Counted from the stretch's first letter, positions 1 to 11,538 are shown. The stretch is DNA of 64,000 nucleotides from Chloroflexota bacterium (GCA_965261345.1 OZ253449.1:1312001-1376000); one strand, 5' to 3'. The notes: generated from the sequence alone by a model not told the origin. Numbers and translations: made by a program.

Positions 1-836
1 TGCCAATGGTCCAGGTGGGCGCCCGGTTGGAAAAAGTCCTGGAATGAGAGCACGTCCACGTACGGCATCGCCACTGTAACTATTTCATTAGCGAGCGGCG
101 CATTGGCCTCATAGCGGTCGCCGAGGATGAGGTGATGCGGATCGTAGCGCCGGATGGCATCGTGCGTGGTCTTGTAATAGCGTCGCGCCAATTCGGCCAG
201 TTCGCGGCGGCCGCTCTCACTGCCAAGAAGTTCTGGGTCAAAGATCGGTCCGCGCCACTTGTTTGGTTCTTGAACGTGCGTCCACGTTGGGCAGTCGCTG
301 TAGAAGTAGCCAATCAGGTTGCTGTCTTCGCGCAATTCGGCGCAATGCGACCTGGCAACGTAGTCGGCCCATTCGCCCCACTGCGAGCTGCGGAAGTCAA
401 AGTGGCGCGTGTGCTGTTCCCACTGGTGGGATTCGCTAAAAGGAAGCAGATGGCAGTACGGCATCGCCAGGGCGCGGTACTCGTCATTGGTAAATGGCCG
501 CGAGTGCTGCCAATGCCGCACCGTCACTTCCTGCACCCATCCCACCGTATTGAAACCCCAACGGGTGAGGTTGGGAACCACCGATTCGCGGATCCAACGG
601 GTGGTGCTGCCCCCGTAGCGGGTCTGCCAGATATGGACGTTTTCCGGATAGCGAAGACTGGCCGGATCAATGTGGTTGAGACCGAGCGAAAAGAATGGCT
701 CGCCGTCGGGGGCAATGAACCACCAGCGGCCGTGCCGGCGGCCGAGGCTGAAGTATCCGGTGGGATCGGTCTGCGTGGTTCCAGCTGCGTGCTCGCCGAC
801 TGGATCGGGTGCCGCAAGGTTTCGGAATGAAGTCAT
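1..836 (-). CDS. Glycoside hydrolase, clan-A / agarase (GH50)-like; 3' end runs off the window
   Basis: Not in the ORF track because it has no stop. Manual translation from ATG 836 gives MTSFRN...TGYFSLGRRHGRWWFIAPDGEPFFSLGLNHID...WGFNTVGW...LIGYFYSD...AIRRYDPHHLILGDRY, motifs typical of agarase-like GH proteins. Confidence 0.75.
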   Translation of the reverse strand, partial: MTSFRNLAAPDPVGEHAAGTTQTDPTGYFSLGRRHGRWWFIAPDGEPFFSLGLNHIDPASLRYPENVHIWQTRYGGSTTRWIRESVVPNLTRWGFNTVGWVQEVTVRHWQHSRPFTNDEYRALAMPYCHLLPFSESHQWEQHTRHFDFRSSQWGEWADYVARSHCAELREDSNLIGYFYSDCPTWTHVQEPNKWRGPIFDPELLGSESGRRELAELARRYYKTTHDAIRRYDPHHLILGDRYEANAPLANEIVTVAMPYVDVLSFQDFFQPGAHLDHW

Positions 837-1180
837 CGCCCTCGCTCAGTGTGCGAAAAAGCCAAAGTGGCGGCGCGCTCCAGTGCCACCTGCGCGATCG
901 GCGGGCATGGGGCGGAGCGTTCCGTTGCCGCACTAGCCAGCGTAAACCGCTCGCACGATGATTTGGGCGCAGCGATTCGACTCAGCGTAAATGGTATACG
1001 TAGATCAGGGCGGCGGCGCCAAGGCCTTGGCGCCGGGCAATCCGGGCGCGCTCCTGCGCCACTCCGGGAATGCTCAGTCGCAGGCGTCGATCCAGCGGGT
1101 GGGCGGTGAGACCGTGGGCCTTCGACGATTGGGGCTCGACGAACGATTCGGCGGACCAGGCTGCCCGAAGAAAGCCAAAT

Positions 1181-1873
1181 TTACGAAGCTATTCGTCCGA
1201 TTTCGGGCCACCCGCGCCATGTTCCCTCGAACCCTGCCACGCGATAGTCGGCGTCGGCATACCAAAGCTCGCCCGCGCGAATGGAGAGGCCGTGCGGAAA
1301 CGGGTCGTCGGGACCGAAGGTGATGCGGTCGATTTCCCGCCCGGATTCGGCGTCGTACTTCACTACCAATTTCTCGCCGGTATGCGCGCACCAGAGGCCG
1401 TCGCCTACGCGGGCCAGCCCATGCAATCGTGGCAGTTCGATCGGAAAACTCGCCAGCACGGCGTAACTGTCCCCGTCCACCAGGGTGATTGCTTGGGGAT
1501 TAAACGCCGTCAACCAGATATTCCCGTCATCCCATTCGAGGCCGTGGACGCCGCCGCCGTCAGGGGTCCTGAATCGGTCTACCATTTCGCCGGTCTGGGG
1601 GTCGAGCTTGAGCACCCAACCCAGCCCGGTGTCGGTGGGACGCGGGTCCCGCACCGCAGTCTTGCCGTTAGACGCCGTCCAGATAGAACCGCCGCCCGCG
1701 GTGATTCCGGAGCCGTTCTCAGTGGGCGATCCGATGGTGCGAACGGTTTCCCCGCGCTCGTTCAATACAAAGATGTCATCGGATTTCTGGTCCAACACGT
1801 ACAGTTCGTCACCCGCCCACTGCAGTCCGTTTGGGTGCACACAAGGCGAGTCGAATTTCTTGACCGGTTTCAT
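1181..1873 (-). CDS. Beta-propeller repeat protein (glutamine cyclotransferase/Vgb-like)
   Basis: Repeated blades PNGLQW, GSGIT, VHGLEW, LHGLA, PHGLS about 40 aa apart. Confidence 0.65.
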   Translation of the reverse strand: MKPVKKFDSPCVHPNGLQWAGDELYVLDQKSDDIFVLNERGETVRTIGSPTENGSGITAGGGSIWTASNGKTAVRDPRPTDTGLGWVLKLDPQTGEMVDRFRTPDGGGVHGLEWDDGNIWLTAFNPQAITLVDGDSYAVLASFPIELPRLHGLARVGDGLWCAHTGEKLVVKYDAESGREIDRITFGPDDPFPHGLSIRAGELWYADADYRVAGFEGTWRGWPEIGRIAS

Positions 1874-2554
1874 GGTCGGCAGCTCGCTTTTCTGCGGTGG
1901 TGGCTATGGTCGCCGGGCGATCGCGGCAATTGGATTGCGGGGGTGTTTGACTGCCCCGGTTCGGCCAATTCTTGCCTACTCGCGATACGGCGCTGCTATT
2001 GCCGGGCGTGGCCGTGAGTTTCCCTCACCGGCGCACCGTGGCGAAATCTTTGGGCACGATTCGGTCTCCATACTTAGTTGGAACCCGGTCACGCCCGGGA
2101 ATGGGCGAATTCCGGATTGCGCCTCCGCTGTAATGCGATCCTCCGCCCAATTTCTCCAAAGGTTGCAACGCTGAGGTAAAGGTCGGAGGTCCGCTGTGAA
2201 GCAACCGAAAAAATTTAGGCACGGTTTATACCCAGCCGGCACAGCCTCGAAAGCACATCGGAGTCAAACAAGAACGCGTAGACGCCAGGAGGCCTAGGCG
2301 ACCATTGGAGGCGATCAAATCCCCGATCATCCCGCGGGTTCTGAATTGACAGTTCATCCAAAGTTGGGGGAGTCAGCTTTCTTAAGACTTCGCAGTTCGA
2401 TCGTTGTCGCACATGATTGAAGGTGGCCCGAAAAATTCGGTGAAGAGGCTTTGTGCCCGCAAAATTGCGGGTTTTCCATCGGTCCGCATGGGGCGGTCCT
2501 TACGCTGGGCGCGTCAATATCCAGTGATCCAAAAATCGTTCGAAAGTCGCATCC

Positions 2555-3538
2555 ATGCCGGACAGATCCATTTCAAGCCTTGAAACCGTAGATCTGCGGA
2601 CCGTCTGGGCGGACGAATCCCAGCATTTCACTCCTTGGCTGGCGAAACCCGAGAACCTGGCGCGCTTAGGGGAGGCTCTGGGGCTCACGCTTGAACCGCA
2701 CCGCACCGAGCAGCAGGTCGGTAGCTTTAGCGCGGACATTTTGTGCCGGCGGCCCTCCGGTGGCGACGACGACGAGTCGTGGGTCGTGATCGAGAACCAG
2801 TACGGTCGAACGAATCATGATCATCTGGGAAAGCTGCTTACCTATACGGCTGGATTAGATGCACGGACCGTGGTTTGGGTCGCTGAGAAATTCCGCGACG
2901 AGCATAGAGCTGCTCTAGACCTTCTAAACGACAGCACCACGCAGGACTACGCGTACTTTGGCATTGAAATTGAGTTGTTAAAGATTGACAACTCGCGGCC
3001 GGCGCCTCGGTTCAACGTTGTCGTCCAGCCGAACGACTGGGCGCAAACGGTCAAGCGCACTGGCTTCGACAGTGAGCTTAGCGAGACCAAGCGCCATCAA
3101 CTCGATTTTTGGACGGGGTTCCAAGGGGTTCTCGAAACGGAAGGAGGTATTCCCGCCACACGACCAACGCCAACTGCGTACATGACGCACCAAGTTCCAG
3201 TAGCAGGAGTCAGGGTCGTTTCGTTCTTTACGGCGTGGAACTCCGCCAGGGAAACCTTCTCGATCGGCGAACTGCGGGTGGCGCTAGAGTTCTATGGCTC
3301 GGATCGTAAGACGAACTTCGACAAGTTTTCACAGTCAAAGGAATTGATTGAGCACGACGCCGGCCAGTCTTACCTTTGGCAACCATTGGAATCCGAGTCG
3401 ACGCACCGGATCCTAGTCCGGAAAGATGCGGAAATTAAGGCACGCCAATATTGGCCTGGCTACCAGGCGTGGCTAAAAGCCGAGGTCAAACGCATGTTCG
3501 ACGTAGTCGTTCCGAAGGCGCTCGAAGCTGCCACGTAG
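2555..3538 (+). CDS. DUF4268-domain protein with N-terminal PD-(D/E)xK nuclease-like domain
   Basis: DLRTVWADESQHFTPWL, SADIL, VVIENQYGRTNHDHLGKLLTY, QLDFWTGF motifs. Confidence 0.8.
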   Translation: MPDRSISSLETVDLRTVWADESQHFTPWLAKPENLARLGEALGLTLEPHRTEQQVGSFSADILCRRPSGGDDDESWVVIENQYGRTNHDHLGKLLTYTAGLDARTVVWVAEKFRDEHRAALDLLNDSTTQDYAYFGIEIELLKIDNSRPAPRFNVVVQPNDWAQTVKRTGFDSELSETKRHQLDFWTGFQGVLETEGGIPATRPTPTAYMTHQVPVAGVRVVSFFTAWNSARETFSIGELRVALEFYGSDRKTNFDKFSQSKELIEHDAGQSYLWQPLESESTHRILVRKDAEIKARQYWPGYQAWLKAEVKRMFDVVVPKALEAAT

Positions 3539-3579
3539 CCGGCCGCTGAGACAACCTGCCCTGCCGGCTTATAGCTGCT

Positions 3580-3933
3580 TTGCGCACCGCCACTGAAGGC
3601 CTGCCCACGCTTGACCCAAATGCAATGGCCAAGGATCTGCCAATGGACCGAGCCTGGTTAATTCCATCGCTTCGGACGGAATTTAGTTTGCCGGCGCTTT
3701 TTTGCGATTACCATGTGGGCCAACGGTATTCCAACTTTGAAATGCCCGGACCAGAAGTGCTACGGCGCACTCGGCGGCTGGTACATGTCTCGCTGACCTG
3801 GGCGCAATTTGCAAGGCTGCTTGACGACGCGGAGCAGATTGCCAACGCTACCGAGTCGGACATGCCTGACGGTGCAAAGTTGATCGCGTCGGTGCGGGAC
3901 GCTTTACGCCGCGCCAATCGAGTTATGCGGTGA
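3580..3933 (+). CDS. Hypothetical protein (start uncertain)
   Basis: Plausible ORF just downstream of, and co-oriented with, the DUF4268 gene; no family recognised. Confidence 0.35.
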   Translation: MRTATEGLPTLDPNAMAKDLPMDRAWLIPSLRTEFSLPALFCDYHVGQRYSNFEMPGPEVLRRTRRLVHVSLTWAQFARLLDDAEQIANATESDMPDGAKLIASVRDALRRANRVMR

Positions 3934-4520
3934 GATTGGCGTGACGCTTCCGCCTCCTGCAATCCATCAATGGCCAAGGACGCTATTTAGAGGTTCTCCG
4001 CCCCAGCCGAATCAATCAAGATCCTTCGGTGCGCAAAAGATCGCATTCGGTGACGCCCCAGAGCCATTAGGATAGGTTATTTCCAGCGCTTAAAGGGTCA
4101 ATTCCTCACGCTTGCTCCGCCTGCGGGCGGAGCAGTGAATCGGCCTTAATTTGGACTTTTGACGCTAAGCCGTTCGCCGCGCTGCGATCTTTTGCGCAAT
4201 CCGGGCGGCAGGATCCACATTTCGGATCCAAAGCCGGTCATCGCACCGTCAAACACCAAAGAATTAGGTTCCCCTTCCCGAAGTTCGTTTTGGGCGAGGG
4301 TGAATTCAATTCCGTGCATCGAAAGATTGACAAGGCGACGTTAAGGTCGCGATTGGTGGCCTTGCTAGCAGCAAGGGCCGAGTGAGTGGGGAGCCAATTA
4401 GCAAATTTGAATCCACTCTACTCGCCAAAATGGGGTGGAGTTTCCGCCGTCCGATCGCAGCGCCAAGCCCGTGAACGGGTCCCCGGCAGCACCCCTCCAT
4501 CCGCGCCCCTGGAGGGCACC

Positions 4521-6284
4521 ATGGCTTCTCAAAGAGCACCAACCGGAGTCGTCCGCGAGCGAAACGTCATGATCCCCATGCGAGACGGGGTGCGTTTGGC
4601 GTGTGACGTGGTCCGCCCTGATGCTCCGGGCAAGTTTCCGGTTCTTGTCACCCGGAACCCCTACGGGCAAGGTACATACGTCGATGACCCGAACCATTCC
4701 GTCTGGTTCTTCTCCAGCCGGGGCTACGTGGTTGTGAGCCAAGACTGTCGTGCTCGCTTCGAGTCCGAAGGCGAGGAGTACAACCCGCTATTCCAGGAAG
4801 TCCAAGACGGTTTCGACACCGTGGAATGGGCCGCCCGACAACCCTGGTCCAATGGCCGGATCGGGACCACCGGGCAGTCCTATATGGGCGCAACCCAGTA
4901 CACCCTGGCCACCAACAACCCCCTGCCCCCGCACCTCCAGACGATGGCCCCGGTCTCAGCCTCTTCCGATTTCCACCAGAGCTGGGTGTACCACACCGGC
5001 GGAGCAATGGAATGGGGCTGGATGGTGCCCTACGCCATCCACAAAGGTCGCAACACATTGGAGCGATTGGGCCGCACCGACCTGTTGGAAAAGGTCGAAG
5101 AGTATCTTCTGCCGGCAGACAATTTCGCCCAGCCGCTGACCGACGAATGGTACCGCCACTTGCCCCTGAGCGACTGGGTGGATCTGCTGAAAGAAACAGC
5201 GCCCTACTTTAAGGAGTACCTGGCCAACGAACAGGACGGCCCGTACTGGTGGCGCGTCAATCTGAACCGCCACCTGGCGGGCATTACCATCCCCATGCTC
5301 CATGTCAGTTCCTGGTACGACATCTTCTTGGAAGGTGCGCTCAACGCTTATAGCGGCATCCGGGAGAACGGCGGCAGCCAGCTGGCGCGGGAGAACCAGA
5401 AGCTGCTGGTCGGTCCCTGGGCGCACATCCGCCCCTACACCGCGCCGACCTCCGGCGGAACCGGCGATATTGATTTCGGCGAGGATGCCCGGATCGAGCT
5501 GCACGAATACCTGCTGCGTTGGTTTGACCAGTGGCTTAAGGACCGAGACACGGGCATCATGGACGACCCGCCGGTCAACCTGTTTGTGATGGGCGAGAAC
5601 CGCTGGCGCTCCGAGAACGAGTGGCCTCTGGCCCGCACCGAATATACCCAGTACTATTTCCACTCCGACGGCTCGGCCAACACTCGCTTCGGCACCGGGG
5701 TCCTTTCCACCGCTCTTCCTGGCGATGAGCCGCCGGACTCCTACGTCTACGACCCCCACGACCCGGTGCCAACGCGCGGCGGCAACACGCTGATCATTCC
5801 CTTCGGTGTCGCCGACCAGAAGGAGTTGGGCGAGCGGCAGGACCTGCTGGTCTATACATCTGAACCACTGGACCGGGACTTAGAGATCACCGGACCCATC
5901 AGCGTCCGCCTTTTCGCCTCCTCCAGTGCGGTGGACACTGACTTTACCGCCAAGCTGGTGGACGTGCGGCCGGACGGCTATGCTCACAATCTCCAAGACG
6001 GGATCATCCGCGCCCGTTACCGGAATTCGGCTTCGCAGCCCTCACCCATCACTCCGGGCAAAGTCCACTCCTACATCATTGACCTGTGGGCCACGAGCCA
6101 CGTCATCCGGGCGGGTCACCGGCTGCGCGTTGGGATCTCAAGCAGCAATTTCCCGCGATTTGACCGCAACCCCAATACCGGCGCGCCCATCGGCCAGGAC
6201 GCGCGCCTTATGACCGCCCGACAGATAGTCCACCACTCGCCAGCCCACCCTTCGCACATCGTTCTGCCGGTAATACCCAGGTAG
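4521..6284 (+). CDS. CocE/NonD family hydrolase
   Basis: IPMRDGVRLACD, nucleophile motif GQSYMG, SWYDIF, GPWAH, ISSSNFPRFDRNPNTG; GGAGG RBS before ATG 4521. Confidence 0.93.
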   Translation: MASQRAPTGVVRERNVMIPMRDGVRLACDVVRPDAPGKFPVLVTRNPYGQGTYVDDPNHSVWFFSSRGYVVVSQDCRARFESEGEEYNPLFQEVQDGFDTVEWAARQPWSNGRIGTTGQSYMGATQYTLATNNPLPPHLQTMAPVSASSDFHQSWVYHTGGAMEWGWMVPYAIHKGRNTLERLGRTDLLEKVEEYLLPADNFAQPLTDEWYRHLPLSDWVDLLKETAPYFKEYLANEQDGPYWWRVNLNRHLAGITIPMLHVSSWYDIFLEGALNAYSGIRENGGSQLARENQKLLVGPWAHIRPYTAPTSGGTGDIDFGEDARIELHEYLLRWFDQWLKDRDTGIMDDPPVNLFVMGENRWRSENEWPLARTEYTQYYFHSDGSANTRFGTGVLSTALPGDEPPDSYVYDPHDPVPTRGGNTLIIPFGVADQKELGERQDLLVYTSEPLDRDLEITGPISVRLFASSSAVDTDFTAKLVDVRPDGYAHNLQDGIIRARYRNSASQPSPITPGKVHSYIIDLWATSHVIRAGHRLRVGISSSNFPRFDRNPNTGAPIGQDARLMTARQIVHHSPAHPSHIVLPVIPR

Positions 6285-6689
6285 GCCGCCGCGGGAACGT
6301 CCTCCACGGACCGGGAAATTGGTTACGTCATCGAACCAGCGCGGCCGCGAATTGATCGGGACGCATTCGCGGCGCGAGATTCTTAAGAACGCAAGTAGAT
6401 TTTTCCGGTAACTGGCAAAAATTGCGTTTCTTGATGCCTGCGAACAAACGCTCCAGCGAGGCTGCCGGGCCGCGCTGGATCGCAAAGTCGTCTCAAGTCG
6501 TCTCAAGAATTGCGCTGACAGCCAATTCGTGGTCTGCATGTTGCATCCCACGAGTTCGAACACCACCCCAATCGGGCAAGCCCGCGCTTTAATCGGCGCG
6601 ATTCAAACTCCCGGACGGTGGCGGATCCCCTGCTTCGGGTCGACTTTGCGACGCGATGCCGATTTGCCCCGGCGCCAACATGGAACCGA

Positions 6690-7469
6690 TTACTGCGCGG
6701 TGTAGCCGCCGTCCACCATCATCGGTGCGCCAGTGACGAACGATGACTCATCGGAGGCCAGATAAAGGGCGGCATAGGCAATGTCTTCGGGGCGGCCGAG
6801 TCTCCCCAACGGATGCTTGCCGAGCAAGATATCGCGGGTCTCTGAGTTTTCGGTGAGTCCGGTTATCAAGTTGGTATCGACATAACCCGGGCAGATACAG
6901 TTGACCCGGATGTTGTCGCCGGCGCAAGCGAGGGCCAAATTGCGGGTTAATTGAAGCACCCCGCCCTTCGACGGAGGGTAGGGGTTGAAACCACCCATGA
7001 TGCTTGGAATGTCCGACGAGTAGCCCACGACGGCGATGATTGACGCCAGATTGATGATCGAGCCACCACCGTTGCGCTGCATCTCCGGAACCGCGTGCCA
7101 GCTAACCAGGTAGGTGCCTTTTAGGTTGATATCGAGAACGCGGTCCCAAATCTCTTCCGGGCTGGCATCAGGCCCGGTGGCGTTGCGCGGGGATACACCG
7201 GCGCTGTTGACCAACACGTCGAGCTTTCCGAATGCATCCAGCGCTGCGTTGACCATCGCCTTGGCGTCATCAGTTCGGGAAACGTCCCCGATTACAGTGG
7301 CGACGTTGCCACCGGCGGCCGCAACTGCGTCTGCAGTCTGCTGGGCGGTGGTCTCGGAAATGTCGGAGACGACTATCCTTGCGCCCTCACGGGCGAACAG
7401 CACGGATGTGGCGCGGCCTATCCCTGAACCCGCGCCGGTCACCAGGGCAACCTTGTCCTTGAGCCTCAT
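6690..7469 (-). CDS. SDR family NAD(P)-dependent oxidoreductase
   Basis: TGAGSGIG, NSAG, YPPSKGG (YxxxK), IRVNCICPG, VDGG. Confidence 0.93.
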   Translation of the reverse strand: MRLKDKVALVTGAGSGIGRATSVLFAREGARIVVSDISETTAQQTADAVAAAGGNVATVIGDVSRTDDAKAMVNAALDAFGKLDVLVNSAGVSPRNATGPDASPEEIWDRVLDINLKGTYLVSWHAVPEMQRNGGGSIINLASIIAVVGYSSDIPSIMGGFNPYPPSKGGVLQLTRNLALACAGDNIRVNCICPGYVDTNLITGLTENSETRDILLGKHPLGRLGRPEDIAYAALYLASDESSFVTGAPMMVDGGYTAQ

Positions 7470-7941
7470 GTCATCCTCCGGGGAAAAGTTGCATGGTGTC
7501 AACATCGATGCAAATCGTAGCGTGCCGATAAACGCGGCCGGTAAACCACCTTATCGCCACGGGACCACGACCGCCAGGATCAGACTTTTAAACACCATCG
7601 TTGCGATTTTCAACACATCATCTTTAATCGGCGCGGTCCTGTTGCCTCGATCACCTGTCTAGTTCACAAATAATGTGAGGCAACGTCCTGGTTTGGATGG
7701 CAAGGACAGTAAGTTAATTCGCCGGCAACAGAGTTCGTCGTTGCCAACTTACGTTTTCCGGTTGGGGCAGATGACCCGGGATCTCCATTGATCTGGGAAC
7801 CTCGACCGCCGAGAGTTCGTTTTGCCTTGCGGTCCGAATTGCGCAGGCGTGCGGAAGCCGTCGGTGGGCAAACACGTAGGCCCACAATGTTGTGCGTGGC
7901 CGGGCAAAATCGATCCAGGCCCCATCTGGTTGGAATTGAAC

Positions 7942-8826
7942 ATGGAATTTGCAAACCCCCAGCATCTGGTTTCGACTGATTGGCTGGCAGAACATTTAAC
8001 TGATAAGAATGTCCGCGTCTTCGAGACCACCGTCTTGCTTGGATTCCGCGACGATGGCGGTGGATACATTGTCGATTCAGGGCGGCCGGGGTACGAATCG
8101 GGACACATTCCCGGCGCGGGATTCCTGGACTTGCAGGCGGATTTCTCCGACAACGATCAGAAATTGCGCTTCATGATGCCCTCGGCCGACTCCTTCGCCG
8201 AGGCTGCCGGGCGGCATGGAATTTCAGAGTCGTCGCAGCTGATCCTCTACGACCGCGCGGGTTCGATGTGGGCTGCGCGGTTTTGGTGGATGTTTCAGTC
8301 GATGGGTTGCAAGGGCGCTGTGGTCCTTAACGGCGGCTGGGATCGCTGGATATCCGAGGGTCGTAACGTAACGACCGACGCTGCCAAGTACGAGTCGACC
8401 GCCTTCGCCCCGAATCCCGATCTCGACAGGTTTGCCGCCCTGGATGAAATCACGGCGTTCATCGAGTCCGACCGGGCTGGCGGAAGCTGCCTTATCAACG
8501 CTTTGGGACGAGAACAACACTCCGGCGCCGATGGCGGAATCAGGTACGGCCGCGCGGGGCACATTCCCGGGTCGACCAATGTTCCTTCTATGGAGCTAAA
8601 CGATCCCGATACCGGACTCTACCGGCCACCGCAGGATCTGGCGGAACTTTTCGTGCAAGCGGGTGCGGACAAGTCAAAGCGCGTGATCACATATTGTGGT
8701 GGCGGCATTGCGGCATCCAATGACGCCCTCGTACTCACGCTGCTTGGGTACGGAAACATCGCAGTCTATGACGCCTCGATGTCCGAATACGCCGCCGATT
8801 TATCTTTGCCGTTAGTGGTCGACTGA
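7942..8826 (+). CDS. Two-domain rhodanese/sulfurtransferase (SseA-like)
   Basis: LVSTDWL, GHIPGA, LNGGWDRW, GHIPGS, active-site loop YCGGGIAAS. Confidence 0.9.
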   Translation: MEFANPQHLVSTDWLAEHLTDKNVRVFETTVLLGFRDDGGGYIVDSGRPGYESGHIPGAGFLDLQADFSDNDQKLRFMMPSADSFAEAAGRHGISESSQLILYDRAGSMWAARFWWMFQSMGCKGAVVLNGGWDRWISEGRNVTTDAAKYESTAFAPNPDLDRFAALDEITAFIESDRAGGSCLINALGREQHSGADGGIRYGRAGHIPGSTNVPSMELNDPDTGLYRPPQDLAELFVQAGADKSKRVITYCGGGIAASNDALVLTLLGYGNIAVYDASMSEYAADLSLPLVVD

Positions 8827-9257
8827 GCATCGACGCACGACAGGGTCCTGACTTTGCCGGAAGTTCCAACCGAAATCATTTAAGGGGCGGCTGAACGCAG
8901 CGGCCAGCCGGGCCTTTTTAGTGGTGGCGGCTCCATCCTGCGCCCGGCGTAGCGAATCGCGTCCCGTTACCGACGTGACGAAGCGGCCGCAACAAAAATC
9001 GGGCCGCGTTTCGATGGGCCCGGCCAGTGGCGCTAAACGAGCGTGCGGCAGCGCAATGGCGTGGAACTGAACCCGCCGCAGAACTGGCGCTGGATCCGCG
9101 GGCTGCCAAGTACGTGGCAACCAACACTGTTCCTTCATCGACGCCACCTATATCGGTCCCTCGACTCCCGAACGCATCAAAAGAAGGCCCATCTGGCAAT
9201 TGAGGATTGCGAAGCCAAAATGGCGGACAGCAATAAAACGCAAGATGGGATCTTGGC

Positions 9258-10595
9258 ATGCTGGGCACGACTCAATCCTTGGCATCACGCAATGAGTGGT
9301 CGCAAAAGACCAAATCCGCGGGAGAACGGGCCTTGCTGGAACGGGATATGGCGTTTTCGATTGCGGGAAATAACAATTCCCCCTGCGTCATGTCCGTTCG
9401 AAGCGCCAATGGCATCTGGCTGGAAGATGCATCTGGCAGAAGGTGCGCGGACTTCTACGGCAACAACGCCCACCATATCGGTTACCGCCACCCAGTTCTG
9501 ATCGAAGCACTGCACAAGCAGTTGGATCAGCTCACGTTTACCCCCAGGGGGCTAACGTCAGAAACATCGATCGAGCTCGGCGAGACATTGCCTACGCTGT
9601 GGGGCGATCCTAAAGCCAAGGTTTCGCTCGCGCCCAGCGGCGGCGATGCGAACGACGCGGCGATTTGCGTTGCGAAAGCCAGCACCGGACGCTACAAAAC
9701 GGTCTCCTTCTACGATGCGTTTCACGGACGCAATAGCGGTGCGCTCAGCGTCGGTGGTGGCTATTTTGATCGCCGTACGCTTGGCCCGGTAATGCCGGGA
9801 ACCCTGAAGGTACCACCGCCCTACCGCCATGGAGGCGAGCACCTTGGCTTTAACGAGGAAGCTTATGCGCAGCACTCGCTGGACGCGATGCGGCACGTCT
9901 TCGAATATGAGCGTGATATAGCCGCGGTAGTTGCAGAGACGATACGCAATAACGCGCATCCTCCGCCCGACTGGTATTGGGGAGAAGTGCGCGAGCTATG
10001 TGATGCTTACGGCGCACTAATGGTGATGGACGAGGTCGCGACCGGCCTGGGCAAGTCCGGATGGTTGTTCAATCACGAACGATATGGCTTTCGCCCCGAC
10101 ATAACGACTGTGGGGAAGGCGCTTGGAGGCACCGTGATGCCGGTTGCGGGCATGATCATAAGTCCGGGCCTTGATTTGCCAGAAGATGCCGACCTGGGGT
10201 ATGTGACGCACGAGAAAAACACCATGTCAGCGCGGGCGGCCCTAACGACCCTGGAAATCTTGCGTGACGGTGAGCTCCCGGACCGGGCCAAATCCTTGGG
10301 CGAAAGGGCATACGCACGGCTCGAAGAGGTACGGGAAAAGCATTCCAGCATCCGCGAGGTTCGCTCTGCCGGACTGATGCTGGCGCTTGACCTTAAGAAT
10401 GCCTCGCCCGACCCGATTCAGGCGAAAGCGTTCACCGAGGTGGTCTTTAGGGCCTGCGTGGATGGGGGAGTCCTTCCGATGTTTCCGGAGGGGTCGTCGG
10501 TGACGTTTTCGATTCCCTTGGTGATCGACGAAAGTGACCTAGAAGATTCGATCGAGGTAATTGAAGCGGCCGTTCAAACTGCGGAAAATCTCTGA
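9258..10595 (+). CDS. Class III PLP-dependent aminotransferase-fold enzyme, PbfA-like
   Basis: DFYGNNAHHIGYRHP, FHGRNSGALSVGG, DEVATGLGKSG, PDITTVGKALGG (PLP lysine), THEKN. Confidence 0.8.
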   Translation: MLGTTQSLASRNEWSQKTKSAGERALLERDMAFSIAGNNNSPCVMSVRSANGIWLEDASGRRCADFYGNNAHHIGYRHPVLIEALHKQLDQLTFTPRGLTSETSIELGETLPTLWGDPKAKVSLAPSGGDANDAAICVAKASTGRYKTVSFYDAFHGRNSGALSVGGGYFDRRTLGPVMPGTLKVPPPYRHGGEHLGFNEEAYAQHSLDAMRHVFEYERDIAAVVAETIRNNAHPPPDWYWGEVRELCDAYGALMVMDEVATGLGKSGWLFNHERYGFRPDITTVGKALGGTVMPVAGMIISPGLDLPEDADLGYVTHEKNTMSARAALTTLEILRDGELPDRAKSLGERAYARLEEVREKHSSIREVRSAGLMLALDLKNASPDPIQAKAFTEVVFRACVDGGVLPMFPEGSSVTFSIPLVIDESDLEDSIEVIEAAVQTAENL

Positions 10596-11229
10596 TCGCG
10601 CACCGGGCTTCCGCCTAGCAAGAGCCGACTTTTGCCTCAACTACCGGCCCAATCCATTCGCAACCGTCCTGCAACTGGAATCGATTGGTATTCGGCGACC
10701 GTTGATCCGACTCGGCGGTCGGTGCTTGCCTGGCTGCCACTAGCAACTCTAGGACCGACCATTAGAACTAATTTCATTTATCTCTAGTACCCAATCCCGC
10801 AGGGGAGGTCGGTACTCGGGCCGTGATTGACGGCACGAGAACGAATCAGCCGAGGATTCGACAGCGTTATTGTTTTGACCGCCAATGATTCGCCGTCGCA
10901 TGCACTTGTTACAAGCGGCACTGCAACAGGTCTGGCTCGGCCGGCAGCTCAAATTAATCCGGGGATGCGCATTGATCCAGACCCGCGTATCAAATCCCGG
11001 CAGGCGAGTTTGATCTGGGCGCAACATTACCGGTAGTTACGCAGCGGCGCAGGGCGGAAAACGATCACCCAATCAAACCTCTGGACAAACTTCGCCGTAT
11101 TTAGCCGGAAGTCGCGAATTTGAGATCAACGTCAAACAGAGTTGAGAGTCAGGTATTCTGCTCCATCCTGCTTCGCCCATCCGCATAATCCAAGCTTGGA
11201 ATGAACACGAGTGAGCGAGGAGTCCCTGA

Positions 11230-11427
11230 GTGGAGAATTTGCGCGAATACAACACCGTTCGATACCTTAGACATAAGGATGGCTTCTTCAAAAACCCCGG
11301 TACAAAGATGCAGGATTGCGTTGACGAATTGAATTACCGCGGCTACCGTGTTGTCTCGGTTGTTCCCTGCGGTAACGGGTACCTGGTAATTGCTGAACGG
11401 ATCTCGGTGAATTCCTTAGTGAGATAA
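11230..11427 (+). CDS. Small hypothetical protein (DUF4177-like pattern)
   Basis: EY-x-TV ... ELNYRGYRVVSVVP ... LVIAER pattern; GAGGAG RBS upstream. Confidence 0.45.
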   Translation: MENLREYNTVRYLRHKDGFFKNPGTKMQDCVDELNYRGYRVVSVVPCGNGYLVIAERISVNSLVR

Positions 11428-11538
11428 ACGAAGAATTGATGGCACAACCCCATAATTTTGAGGGTGGCCGAATGGGCCGCGATTGGGCAGTAACGGCATC
11501 ATTGTCTGCTGCCCCACGCTGATTTCTGGTTTCGTTAC

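Noticed and set aside
132-830. 232-aa plus-strand ORF
   Set aside because: Antisense shadow of the minus-strand glycoside hydrolase.
1070-2174. 315-aa and 229-aa plus-strand ORFs
   Set aside because: Shadows of the minus-strand beta-propeller gene; no motifs.
6485-6507. Tandem AAGTCGTCTC x2
   Set aside because: Only two units with no spacers; not a CRISPR array or meaningful VNTR.
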